DNA of 63,163 nucleotides, the filler included, from Choristocarpus tenellus KU-1152 (Eukaryota; Protista; Phaeophyceae): the NCBI GenBank assembly GCA_964200185.2. It is 11 parts of 11 records of this genome, joined end to end, with 100 filler letters (N's around TTAATTAATTAA, not from the genome) between each part and the next. Parts side by side here need not be neighbours in the genome. Positions count along the whole stretch, not along the records: positions 1 to 8,597 come from CAXNAD020004548.1; positions 8,698 to 15,329 come from CAXNAD020007699.1; 9 more parts are not named here. One strand, given 5' to 3'. Both the position numbers and the translations under genes were made by a program. How positions within the stretch are numbered: the stretch's first letter is position 1; each line of letters starts with the position of its first letter. This document shows, piece after piece, positions 1 to 11,736 of the stretch. A model generated the notes under the pieces. It made no database searches. It had not been told where the DNA came from and saw only the letters and a list, made by a program, of their open reading frames with translations.

Positions 1-395
1 CAATAAAAAATAAACAACCTGCAAACAAGCCCCCCCCCCCAACACACTACCGTACCCATTACAAAACTTGGGGTTAGGGTTAAATGGGAAAAATATATAT
101 TTATTTGTTATTGTAACAGTTTCGTTTTTTTTGTTTTTTGTTTTTTTTGGGGGGGGGAGGGGAAAGACTATTTATTGTGCAAAAAATATATATATTTGTT
201 ATTGTAACTGCAAACGCATTGGTTCCCCTTTCCATTTTCATTGAAAAATAATAATAATCTCTTTTCTACACAGATGTGCAAAACCCGGATCATAACCCCA
301 ATTTCCCAATACACACACACACACACATAGAGAGAGAGAGAGAGACAGTCGGGTTTAGACAACATGGAAATGCGAAGGTGGTCGGGGTCGCACAC

Positions 396-1813
396 CTCTT
401 CCAAGAAGGCGATGCTCTCTGGGAAGAGGAAGAAGGTATCCACGAAGATAACCTGGATCTTGTCCAACAGGCCGGCCTTGGCAATGGCGTCAAGGATGAC
501 ACAATCTCCCGCGATCAAGGCGGTGGAGAACATGGGCTTAGCCTTTTGCTGAGGTCGGTAAAAAAAAAAAAAAAGTATGAAGTTTGTGCATGTTGCGTGG
601 GGGGAAAAAAAGGTACGGAGTTTGTGTTAAAAAAAAAAAGGTACGGAGTTTGAACAGAGAAGATACAGGACTGACAGTATTGTTGTACCCGTTTGTGACA
701 TGTCCATTTCCACTGAATTCGCAGGTACTGTCTGGAAGGATATTTTCTAGAGGGGCAAGAGAGGGCAAGACCTGTCTTTTTTCTGAGCCATTGACATACA
801 AACACACACACACACACACACTGGCACAGATGTCAGAATTGAGAAAAATTGTTCACAAATATTGCTTTTTTTTTAGATAGTAACTCTTTGGTCGTTCACA
901 AATATTGCTTTTTCTTTGAGATAGTAACTCTTTGGTCCTTCACAAATATTGCTTTTCTATGAGATATTAACTCTTTGGTCCTTCACAAATATTGCTTTTT
1001 TTCTACATACGAACTCTTTGGTCCTTCACAAATATTGCTTTTTTTTTACATATTAACTCGATGGTCCTTCACAAATATTGCTTTTTTTTTACATACTAAC
1101 TCTTTGGTCCTTCACAAATATTGTTTTTTTTTACATATTAACTCTTTGGTCCTTCACAAATATTGCTTTTTTTACATATTAACTCTTTGGTCCTTCACAA
1201 ATGTTGCTTTTCTTTGAGATATTAACTCTTTGGTCAACCACGATTAGAAACGGGAACTAGAAGGGAAAGCCCATGATACCATGTGAAATCACAATACACA
1301 CTGACAAAAAAAGTCTAATAATACTTCATGGGCGGGGTGGGGTGGGTGTTGGTCAAGCGCCACTGCAGTGTGTTCGTATGGAAACAGTTCATCAGAGAGG
1401 CGTTGAGCACTCGTAAGATACACACACCTAGTCTTGGGAAAACCCTGACCCTATCGGTCTGTCAGGAAAAAAAAAATGAACTCTGTCAACTCCGGCAGAG
1501 CTACGAAGTCATAGCTAACACCAGAGAGGAGATCAAATCACACCAAAGGTGCAGGGCCAGGGAAGGAGGGGGAAAATATCCCAAAAAAAAATCAACTAAC
1601 AAACGCCTTCGAGTTTTACAACTTGAAGTTGAAGTTGGGAGTGCGTAAGACCATCACCCTAACAAGCAAATATCTATCAACACACATCCCTCCTGGTCCC
1701 GTTCAACAATAGTTGGGTCACCAAGAAGATGCTTGTTTTTACGCACAAAGGGACTCTGATACACACATACACGCTCAAAAAAAAAAAGTTGTTTTTGATC
1801 TGAGGTATTTATA

Positions 1814-1845
<32 letters not shown>

Positions 1846-1898
1846 NNNNNNNNNNCCTAGTGACCACCAAAACAAAAAAAAGTGAAGAAAATGTTGTG

Positions 1899-1948
<50 letters not shown>

Positions 1949-3433
1949 GGGCACTGTACGTACTCTTCGAAGTAGTTAATTTACGTATATGTACACATAT
2001 ACACATGGGGAGTGATGACTGGTTGTATCAGAAGGGGGTCATGAAAGGCAAACAGAGATTCTACACAGGGCAGAAGAGTTGTATGCCAGCACCACCTATC
2101 ATACCAACACTGTTCAAAACTGACAAAGGAGCCGCCTTGGTTTGGAGTCACTCAATACTCAGTCCCTAGAGAGGAAAAAAAAGGAGAGGGGTATGACAAG
2201 AGCATATTTTAACATGTAATAAGAGTTGGGGCATTTTCAAGCCTTGAGGAAAGAGTTTTCTTGATATTTAAAACGCACCACTGCAACCTCTTTGAGGGCG
2301 ATCTGTAGCTGCTCCTCCATGAAGCTCATCCGGGCCTCTTCCACAAGCTTTGGATTTGAATGGGGCACGTGAGGGTTGCAGCAACAGTTGGGGGGCGGGG
2401 GGTTCCGTGTAGAAGAATCTAAAGAGTTCCAAGTTGTCGGATATAGGAGTATTATGTGTATGTCGACGTAAGGTACACAAGACACATGACGTAGAGGTGA
2501 AGTACGAAAAAAGGGCAGTCAGTAGCAGGAAAAAAATAGCATAATGTGGGCTACGAGGAGGGGTGAACTGTGATTAGATCAAACCAGAGTCTACAATGTT
2601 ACAACAATATTCAATGACAAGATTTTATCACTCTCCCCTACATTCCAACAGAACACACAATCGAACACACGACATGAAAGGGAGCCGTACGAGAGCGGGA
2701 TTAGTCGTCATTTAACACCGTCCCGGCGAATGTTGTGCAAGTGCGAACCTTGTTCATTTCAGCGTCCTTTCCCTCTCCGTAGTCAGTGCCCTTGGGGATC
2801 TGTGTGTGGAGGCCAACAGAGCAAGGTGGCGGGTGACGGGCCATGCCGCAGTTACAAATACATTGATGTTATCTATACTGCTAGGTCTACAGTGCCTATT
2901 AGAGTGAGGTCCTCTCGAGCCATGTGGCAACAGTCAGAAGCACTAACTGATGCATTCTTAAAGCACGGACCTCATGATTCGAAATGTGAACTTCATTCAC
3001 AATAGGATCATGTAGGCCTAAGAAAACACCCCAAACGACCCGCATTTCCCGCACGACCATTCATTTTCAAGGCAGAATTGGGTGCACAAGGGATCAAGAG
3101 CTCGAAAGGGTTTTCGAGAGCAACAACTGGCTCAAACGTCACGATTGACTGGCTCTGCAATGGTACATGCGCAACTCGAGTTCACAATCTGGTGAGCACC
3201 ATCTCCAGCCTTGGATAGCAAGTTCGCTACATACCCTGAAAAATGTCTTGATTCCTTTCAAATGTTACCTTGGCAAAGTCCCTGGGGAAAGTCTGGGCGA
3301 GCTCCGCGTTGAGACCCATTGTTGGTGTGGAGGACACAGCCCTTGGCGAAGCACGGACCGAGGTGAGTGGCATAGCAGGAAGGAAGGCCTGTGCGCCTGC
3401 AAGGACGCTCAGGAACGCGAACTCAGTCTTCAT
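396..3433 (-). CDS. Plastid-targeted APS/PAPS reductase (CysH family, probably APR-B-like); first four exons, 3' part lies off the left edge
   Basis: Exons 3433-3269, 2799-2749, 2347-2279 and 548-396 are all GT-AG and phase 0. They splice to MKTEFAFLSVLAGAQAFLPAMP...LNAELAQTFPRDFAK|IPKGTDYGEGKDAEMNK|LVEEARMSFMEEQLQIALKEVAV|QKAKPMFSTALIAGDCVILDAIAKAGLLDKIQVIFVDTFFLFPESIAFLEE. The VIFVDTxxLFPE motif is typical of PAPS/APS reductases. Signal peptide plus AQA|F is an ASAF-type leader. Confidence 0.88.
852..1235. repeat. Intronic minisatellite, ~43-bp unit x ~9
   Basis: Unit TTCACAAATATTGC(T)nACATATTAACTCTTTGGTCC repeated head to tail inside intron 3 of the reductase gene. Confidence 0.95.
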
Positions 3434-3716
3434 GGTGTACGAGAGTTCTGCAAAGAGCTATAGTGGGGTGTGTGTAGCGACGAGTTCGCACAACTTCATG
3501 AGGTGCAAGAAGGGTAAGAATCTCGACCGACGCCTCTGCAGATATTGAAAAGTTTCCCAATCATTTCTGATAGTTGTTGAACGTGTAAGAGTAGAGTTTA
3601 CTTGGAAATGGCTTACGTCTCGTCCAAGGGGTTGCTGTACCCTAACCTCCAGCTTTCTTCGTTTAGGGTGAGAAAGTGGAAGTAGTAAAACAATTGTTGA
3701 CTCTCTCTGCATTCTC
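3434..3716. promoter_or_regulatory. Probable bidirectional promoter / 5' UTR region (283 bp between divergent ATGs)
   Basis: Inferred from the head-to-head start codons at 3433 (-) and 3717 (+); no specific motif identified. Confidence 0.45.
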
Positions 3717-5000
3717 ATGTCGAATTACTTCTTGCGACTACCACTAACCCAAGCACCCTCTTGGGACAATTTGCGGCTGAACCCGCACTCCTTCGTTGAC
3801 CTTGACATTCCCCTTCCGACTGTGCGTTGATTTTTAGCACTGATTTCCATGACCACTTCCTGCGGCATATGGAAAGATCACATTGTTGATCACCATCACT
3901 TCGACCATCTCCTTATCGTTTTTCTTGTGACCCTTGCGGCTCGTCCTCTGACCAACAGGTGAAAAGAGAAGAACTCCCTCCGAAGTTTGAACTTCCACCT
4001 GAGGTGGATCAGGCACTTGCGGAGTCCGTACCACCAACTCGGCACATGACCTGGGAGCTCAAGGTGATATGAGGATAGACACCCTTGCAGGTCTGGTGTG
4101 TCTTCAGCTATCTCGCTTCTTTTTTCTTTCAAGCCTAATTTTTAGGTTCGATATCCTACGCACTGGAACCATCTCCAAACAGGCTGTGCAGACCTACGAG
4201 AACGATCTGGAAGAGACCGAAGTGGCAAAGAAGGTGGCACAAACGGCCAGGGAGGCGGAAGCGGAATGTCTCAAGATGGAGATAGCCGAAGCCGACAAGA
4301 TTGTGGACAAGGTGCGGGAAAATGGAACAAGAGGGGGTTTATTAACTAAGCATCAATTACGATTGTCAGGGCTGAGAAAAATCAGAATTCGGAGTGGAGG
4401 TAGATTGTGTGGCCATTTGTTAGGGTTAGTTGTGGGTGGGCAATGTGATTCCGGACTTCTTGCAGTACCCGCTTTCACGACATACCTCTGCCAGGTACGG
4501 CAACGATGCTCTGTGAAAGTGTCCCCCAAGCCAAGGGAGTAAATTTCGGTCACCTTGCCTACCACCTTTATTAGCGGTGGTATTTGGCGAAAACATCATG
4601 TGTGTGGCGTGACTGTATGGCATTCCTACTCACCTTCAGTACCTCACTTTTTTTCGGAACATTCCGTATGTGATTAATAGGCAGGTCTCTAAGCAGAAGT
4701 TTCTGCAAAATAGTGTCAACCCCGATAAAATGACCTCCCTACTCATTGAGCCGCAAACCCCTCTCACCCTATCGTACTCACTCCTCACTGCCAAACAAAA
4801 CACTCAATGTCATTTTGCTCACGTGGTGGTGTTGCTGGTCATCTTGCGTGTACTGTTAGGATGCTGAACAACACAAAAAACTCACCCGGCAGCTTATGAA
4901 CATAACGCAATCCAATGAAGCAGACGCACAGAACCTGTTGGAAAGCTCTGGGTGGGACCTTTCGAGGGCCGTACAGACATTCTTGGACAGGCAGGCCTAG
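3717..5000 (+). CDS. Small multi-exon protein: UMA-like N-terminus, coiled coil, C-terminal UBA-like domain (UBAP1-like candidate)
   Basis: Exons 3717-3821, 3959-4063, 4183-4311 and 4860-5000 (possible extra microexon ~4495-4518) are all GT-AG and phase 0 with no stops. The last exon DAEQHKKLTRQLMNITQSNEADAQNLLESSGWDLSRAVQTFLDRQA* fits the UBA-like pattern (M-x-I-T...A..LL...WDL..AV..F). Most of this gene is missing from the ORF track. Confidence 0.75.
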
Positions 5001-6829
5001 TGCTGTATTGTTGACTTGATGTGCTGTTAGCCTTGTTTACAGTTGCCCTTCTCCTCCCATTGTATGTATTGCCTCATAATCATTCGGACTCATCCATGTC
5101 CTTGAGACCGATGGCTCCACAGAAACTGTTTCTGTGTGTGTGCATGCGTGTGTGAGTATTTCAAGTAGGCTTTTTTTTTTCGTTTTTTTGCTAGTGTTGT
5201 TTGTTGACCCTCACCTCCTGGCACCAAGGAACTTGCCAACTATTCCAGGTATTGTCTTTGGGCCGAGCATTCCGGCTGTAATTCAGGGTTAGCTCTTAGG
5301 TATGCAACATTTTGTCACAGAAAATCTGTGATGCAATGCATATGTAAGGTCTCTGAATGGGAGAGGGACGTAGGGGGTTACGGTAATCTCTTGGAATAAT
5401 TAATGTGTGTTAATCCCTTGATTGTCTGTTCCCAGTCTTTTCAAGGCCAAGTGCTCTTGGATCTTGTGCGTGCAGAGTGGGGGGATTTAAGCTATGAGGT
5501 GTTCGCACGAATGTTGTATAGTGCTTTTCTGTTTTTTCCAAGAAATGGTCAGTGCACCCGATACTGTTGTGCTGATGGGGATGGTTGGATTGGTGAGAAT
5601 ACCTCAGCCCATAGTCCCTTGCGTAGCGGATATGCCATAGTGGTCAAGAACCTGTGGAATTTTTTTTACCATCCGGACAGGGTCAGTGCAACTTGTTTGA
5701 GGCAATTGCTTCCATCGATGTACATAATGTCTTAACTCTTATACTGGGAAACCGTTGTGTAGAGCTCTATCCAGTACTTCAAGGTAAACTACTTCAAAGT
5801 GGAAGGAATGTGATATGCACCAACCTCAGCTCTATGCACCTGCTGAGTGCAAAGAGTTGCATTTGTAGGTCATGTGTATCTCCACTGGGTGATCGATAGT
5901 TCACTTATCAGTCATGCCTTCGACATAGTGTAGACGTCCTAGTTTGGTGCATAGAGAGCGGCAAGGGCTACAAGCCTGAGCAGGTGGTGGCGGTGACGTA
6001 GGGAGCAACCTGATTGATGATGACGATATCCTTGCTATTGTGCTGCATTTGTGATGTTCCAAGAATGCTCACAGATCATTTTTATTTATAGGTGTCTGCC
6101 GTTAGATCTCTCAGATGATGAGTACTTAACCTCATTAGCCTCCAACATTGCCCTCTCCATGTTCTCAGAGGGCGCCTCTAAAGTACTTGGAGCACAAGCA
6201 ACAACTGCAGTGTGTTGAGTGGGTGCGTTGAACATGGTCAATTGCGTTTGCCCTGAGGTTTCAAGGGGTTTCATGTGTCAACGTGTGTTCTTGCTGTGCC
6301 TCTCGGTTGAATGCCTATCTGGAACAGTTGAGTAAGGAAGGTTGACTTTATATGTTTATATGCTGGCTGTTGCTTGCTCTACGTGTAGATATATTAATAC
6401 CTATTACGCTACTCAAATTTGAAGCACCATAATGTACATGCGTACGAACCCAAATCATATTTCGCGACGGCACATGCCGACATTCCACGTTCTTGCTCAT
6501 GTGTTACTATATTTTGAAGCTTGTACCCTTGGTTCAAAGCAGGGAATGTCAGACAGTTCAGCCTCAACTCACCTCTCACTGCTGCGCAATGTTTCCATTA
6601 CTACAATTCGGGACTAACCCTAACCCTAGATTATCATGGTTTGACTGGGGTACATTAATTACCCAGGGACTGCATGTATGTCTTTTGAGTAAAGAGAATC
6701 TTTGTGCTCATATCATCCCATCAGATATGCGGGCCTGTGTAATCCCTTTCCTATTGTGGGCTACTCATTTTTTGTTTTTTATAGGGAATATCGAATGGTA
6801 TTGCTTACTCCTCGAGAATTTGTAGTCTA

Positions 6830-7335
6830 GGTCACTCTACTACAAACACCAACACCATGACCAAGAGCATCCTGGGCTAAACATAGAACCCTATCCTCTT
6901 CCCCTCCAAAGAAAAGGTTGAAGAAGTTCAGCAGGATATTATCATGTGTGGTTGGTGGTCAAGGCCGCTTATGCTTGACAACCTGTGGCTGCATTGATCT
7001 CAGCAGTATGCCAGGCATCCATGACGCTTTTGGTCCAACCTCCACATGTCATCTGTGCCACCTGCTTGAGTCTTCTCAAAGTGAATCCCACTGATTCATC
7101 GCCTGCAATGTCCATTGCCTTAAGGTCATCTTAGAGGCACCACCGCCGATTTTTCTCTGGATCTCCCTTCTCTCCCTTCGTTTTGTTAGCAGTGAGTTCT
7201 CCAAGAATGAGGTTCTTGGTTGGGCAAGCCTGTTGCACCCCCCTCAACTCTCTCTGGTTCGTCTGGGGGAGGGTATAATTAGTGATACTATGCAGACCAT
7301 GCCACAATGCACCCACGATCACCAAACACGCATGT
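6830..7335 (-). mobile_element. 5'-truncated, degenerate RTE-like LINE 3' end
   Basis: Minus-strand translation PTKNLILGELTANKTKGEKGDPEKNRRWCL*DDLKAMDI resembles the RTE ORF C-terminus (LP+.IL.GEL....RG.P..RW.D.LK.DLK). Homologous to 7900-8225 (shared CCCCTCCAAAGAAAA). Confidence 0.6.
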
Positions 7336-7899
7336 CATCACCTGTTGAGGTTTAGGTTGGGAATGGGTCTAACCCAGGGTATTAAATTGATTGGTTGATT
7401 GATTGCTTTGTTTCTCACACATTAGTTCAAAGTATGTTCCAATTATGCTATGAACAAAGAAAAACAATTGGAAGATATTGTCGAGGAGAAGGAAGCAAGA
7501 TACAGCACACTACAACCCGTGTCAAGATGGCAGCGCAAAAGAGAGCAAAAGAGGAAGGTAGGGCCTATGTGCCGAAAGAAGATGAGGCAGATCCATCAGT
7601 CAAGTTTACATACATTAGAAAGAAATGAGCAGAATCAAAAGTACAATTCGAGGAACAGCTCCAGCATCAGCACTGTTGTTTAGACAGAGGAGACGGAGCT
7701 ACGACTGGAGGGAGTGCTGAACCCAATGTGCGAGAGAGAATGCAGGAATGGAGGCAGTACAACTAGTCGGAAGGCAACAGGTAGCCAGAAGTAACGAAGA
7801 GAAATAGACCACGGATCGGGATCATCCTCGACTAATGCAATGTCGTAATAGTGATGAGACACAATAGCGACATTATATCCATATACACTTCAGAGAATC

Positions 7900-8225
7900 A
7901 AGGTTAGGTCCTTACACCCGCTAGATAAAACCTACTACCATCAACATCAAGAAGAGTATCTCAAGTTAGGTAAAAAGGGATCCAATCCACTTCCCCTCCA
8001 AAGAAAAAAAAGAAGATAAGAAGTCGAGTGGCATTAGCACGCATTTTTGGTGGTCTAACTCTCTTCCGTGTGACAGGCTGTGGTCGTTTTGACCTCAGCG
8101 GTATGGCAGGCACCCATCAAGAATTTATCTCAACCCCCACGCATCTACGTGTCTCCTGTCCCAGTCTTCTAGAGAGGAACCCACTGATCACCTTTGATGC
8201 CGAAACCCTTGAGGTCGTATTTGAC
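7900..8225 (-). mobile_element. Second RTE-like LINE 3' fragment
   Basis: Colinear similarity to 6830-7130, ending at the DDLK-coding segment (TTGAGGTCGT on +). Confidence 0.55.
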
Positions 8226-8597
8226 ATATCACCACACACACAATATATACTTCAGTATATATGTTTTGTGTATATTGTTACTCTCCTTTGACAATGTCTG
8301 TAGGAGTAGCCAATCAATGGGTATGTAGACAGGACTAGGTTGTGGATGTACGTACTACTCTACAGTTGTATGTAGATCGGAAATTTCCCACTTTCCTCCG
8401 GGAACAGGATTTGCATTCCTTCTCTTCGAAATCTCCACTTCCAGGAAAGATAGATGATGCTAAGTAAGGATTATCCCCGAACAGTACTATATTATTATGC
8501 CCTCTGACATTTTGTAGGTGTGTCAGGAGGGAAATAAATGAAAACTATATATATATAAGCAAGCGGAAAGCTTCCTGGATGAGCTGGCTACCCACAT

Positions 8598-8697
8598 NNN
8601 NNNNNNNNNNNNNNNNNNNNNNNNNNNNNNNNNNNNNNNNNTTAATTAATTAANNNNNNNNNNNNNNNNNNNNNNNNNNNNNNNNNNNNNNNNNNNN
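8598..8697. other. Artificial contig-join spacer (N44-TTAATTAATTAA-N44); others at 15330-15429, 18947-19046, 23048-23147, 25994-26093, 39563-39662, 47152-47251, 52063-52162, 56999-57098, 60361-60460
   Basis: Identical 100-bp linker with stops in all six frames, present ten times. Confidence 0.99.
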
Positions 8698-9499
8698 GAC
8701 ACTTTATCCCAGTCAATTTTGGGTCAAGCCCATCCTCAATGAAAAGCTCCATCCTCAATTTTTGAAATTGGCTATTAACAGGCGGTCTTGGGCACGATTG
8801 AATTGAATTCGAAGCCGGGTGAACGATGTTTGAGTTTCAAGTGATCCGTTGGACCAGCCTGGAATCCATATTCTGGAAAATACGTGTATTCTGGTTATTA
8901 TGAATTAAAATTAGATTCTATTCTTAATCTCAATAAATATATATATAAACCACATACGTAATTTCCTCTTTTGTTTTTTTTCTTTCGTTTAAACTCTTAC
9001 TACATTTTCTTCTGCAACGTATCTTATTTTCTAAACCATTGCGCAACTTTCCTCTATGTATACCTTGCAAATATAACTTCGGGATACCTTACAGATCAAA
9101 CTGATAAAAATAACGAAAAATTATGATTAAGATAGAAGTTTTCTACTAATTTTCAAAAGATATGAAAAAGTACAGAAACTATTTTATTAGTACTATTAAC
9201 ATTAATGGATGGGTCCATGGAGATCAGATTTTCCTTAATTGAAAATATGACCCCTGTTCGTCAACTTTACATTATAATGGTATTTGTCTGAAGGGTCCAA
9301 GACCCCAGACCTACGGTTGAAACGAAGTCAAAAGAAGGCAATACTTAGTAGTTGAGAGATAGAAGTGGTATAGAAGAAGAAACAAACCTATATCCACCCT
9401 TATTTCTTGTCAAATTAATTTGAGGGATGACACAATGAAAAAATAACAAGAACCAGAAGAGAAACAAAAATTTCAGTCAGCAATGGTTCATCCACAAAA

Positions 9500-9571
9500 T
9501 ACAATCGCGGGGATTCGAACCCCGGACATCTGCTTGGAAGGCAGATATGATTACCACTTCACCACGATTGT
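9500..9571 (-). tRNA. tRNA-Gly (anticodon TCC)
   Basis: Full cloverleaf: ACAATCG/CGATTGT acceptor stem, GTGA/TCAT D stem, TCTGC-CTTCCAA-GCAGA anticodon arm, CGGGG-TTCGAAT-CCCCG T arm, discriminator A, followed directly by TTTT. Confidence 0.96.
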
Positions 9572-9687
9572 GATGTGTGTAATAACTACTCTTATGTTTT
9601 TAAATACATCTACATTAGTGTACATGCAGGTAGCTTTACTACATATTTATTCGAACTACAATTTGTTCCTAAATATATCAGAATAAT

Positions 9688-9813
9688 TGTGGAAATCATG
9701 TTTGCCTGTTATTATACCGTTATTGACGTATGCCATATACCGTTATACCTTGGTACCGATTGAGGTTCCCAGTCAAGAGTCCATGATTTCACGGACAGAC
9801 TTTCTGCCAGAAT
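9688..9813 (+). repeat. Dispersed repeat, probably the internal part of a Tc1/mariner-type MITE; copies at 45478-45600 (+) and 15430-15492 (-)
   Basis: Shared CATGTTTGCCTGTTATTATACCGTTATTG...TTCCCAGTCAAGAGTCCATGATTTCAC sequence. Confidence 0.8.
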
Positions 9814-9899
9814 AACCAGGGCGTAATGCACTAGTACTCAACAATATTTGCAAGGGCTGCCCCAGCTTCTGTTACAGCATACTGTACGTTACCTAGGTA

Positions 9900-11160
9900 T
9901 CACAGTTTCCCATCTAGCTCTTTGTTCAGTCAACCGCTCGTGCCATTTTCGTTGTTTGTTGGCCTTCAAACTCCTCCCATCATCATCCATGGATCCCAAA
10001 CTTCACAAGGTCATCTTGTAGGGACATCTAAGTTCTTCTCCGGTTCACTTTGCTTCCGTTTTCCATCATGCAATTCTCCAACATTGGCATCCTTTCTGGG
10101 AGTCCCTCATCTCCATACGTGCAACTGACCCTGTGAATAGGATTCTCAGTTTTTGCACATTCGACTCAATACTGTCACACCCTGTCTCTTCACAAGGGTA
10201 CATTTATGTCATTGGTGATTTCCCATTTACAAAATCCGATGTAGTGGAGGAGGAATTGGTGATATTGAGAGGGAAATTTCATGTAGGGGACCTGGTGTGA
10301 GTATCCATAGTAAGACCTCAAATTTTTCAGTCTTGAACATTCCAATCTTGACCTCAAGTCATTCACCACCCTGTGGTTGTGTCGTAAACACCTGCTGTGC
10401 GTGTGGAAACAACCCAGACTTCTTCTAACCATAAAATGATCTCGGCAATGATATCTACTTCATCGCTTATGATTCCTCCAAGAAAACAAAGCTGTCAGTT
10501 ATGCATGTAGTGCTGGTCCTAATCTCGAATCTGCATCTTTTCTGCGACCTTATCTCGAAAGAGGTGTAAGGTACATGATTGTCTACGTCTTCAACCCAGA
10601 CGTAGTTTTAGGTCAAACGACCTGGCCACATAAGATAACTGCTGTCTCGTCACCTTGGGCAAACTGCCTAGAGTCTTACATAAAATGCCTATTCTGTTAT
10701 AGCAAAACGCCTACCCCACAGAACACTCATGTGCTTCTCCACTCCCTATTGATCCTCGTCTGACTTTGTTATTTCTCGCAGGCCCCTTATTGAGAACAAC
10801 GGAGATGGCCGGGTCTTTGTTGAACTCCTTCACCGCTATGCTAACTACTGCAATGATAAACGTGCCGAGCAGGATGGGGAAAAGGACATACCCTTTACAA
10901 GGGCCTTGCCTGACCGCAAACCAACATGTACGCTCTCCGTTCCATCCTCAAGATTGACAAGTGTCAATGGCCCAGATTAAAGCTTACATCCCGTTCCCAC
11001 TTATCTATAGACACCACCTTAGTGACTTTGGTCAATTTTACCAATGGTGGTATGGAGATGATTCATCACTCCCTTCTCCGTCCCATCTGTTGTCCAAGAC
11101 TGGACATGCTACAGAGAACTCATCTCATACGGCATTCCCATGAACGTCTGTATGAGCCTG
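9900..11160 (+). mobile_element. Highly degenerate non-LTR retrotransposon-like coding remnant
   Basis: Broken frames; 10575-10700 reads PDVVLGQTTWPHKITAVSSPWANCLESYIK, reminiscent of the PD..(E)L.xPW...K nuclease segment of RLE-type elements. Confidence 0.3.
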
Positions 11161-11736
11161 ATATTGGGAAACATGTTCTGCTGAATTGTTTGGCAGTATA
11201 TTCTTGATTTATCTTTGCGTTATTCTTTTATATTATAAAAATAAGTTACCCTTCCAGAAACAACGAGGTTAATGGCCAAGTCATCTTCATTTTTTGTGTA
11301 TCTTGAGCCGAACATCACCCCACATCACGTGTAGGACTCAGTAGACCTCAGCTTGAAACAGATGCCTCACGAGATGCACTAGGAGCTTGGTACGACTTCG
11401 GCATGAACTCGGAGGGGCTGCATTGTCCTTTTATCTCCCTTTTATCTTCAACATTCTTGAGTTACAGGCGGGTTATTTCCTAAAGAAAAATTAGACACAA
11501 CACAGGTGTTTGTTTCTTCTTTGTACATTTTGGTTATTTGTTTGAGGGGTCCCAGACAACAGACCCATAGTTGAAGAGGTGTGAAAAATAAATCAGCGGA
11601 CAGGAACGGGTGTGTGTGTGGCATTTTGTATAAAAAAATAGGTATAGCAGAAAACAAGTTGGATACTGAGGCTCTCCACCACAAGGACCCTTCTAAATTC
11701 GTCCTATGCCCAATTTCGCCTTATGTTGTCAGTTAC

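Noticed and set aside
852-1235. Regularly spaced ~43-bp repeats that could suggest a CRISPR array (also 27806-27989)
   Set aside because: Units are head to tail with no unique spacers, the context is eukaryotic and intronic, and there are no cas genes; these are ordinary minisatellites
1817-1950. Poly-G/poly-C runs giving poly-Gly or poly-Pro ORFs (also 15252-15299)
   Set aside because: Homopolymers beside gaps; lengths are unreliable and the ORFs are spurious
4069-4542. 157-aa ORF as a standalone gene
   Set aside because: Only 4183-4311 (and perhaps 4495-4518) looks coding; the rest is intron read-through of the spliced gene at 3717-5000
8642-8653. Recurrent palindrome TTAATTAATTAA
   Set aside because: Always centred in a 100-bp N block; an artificial six-frame-stop linker
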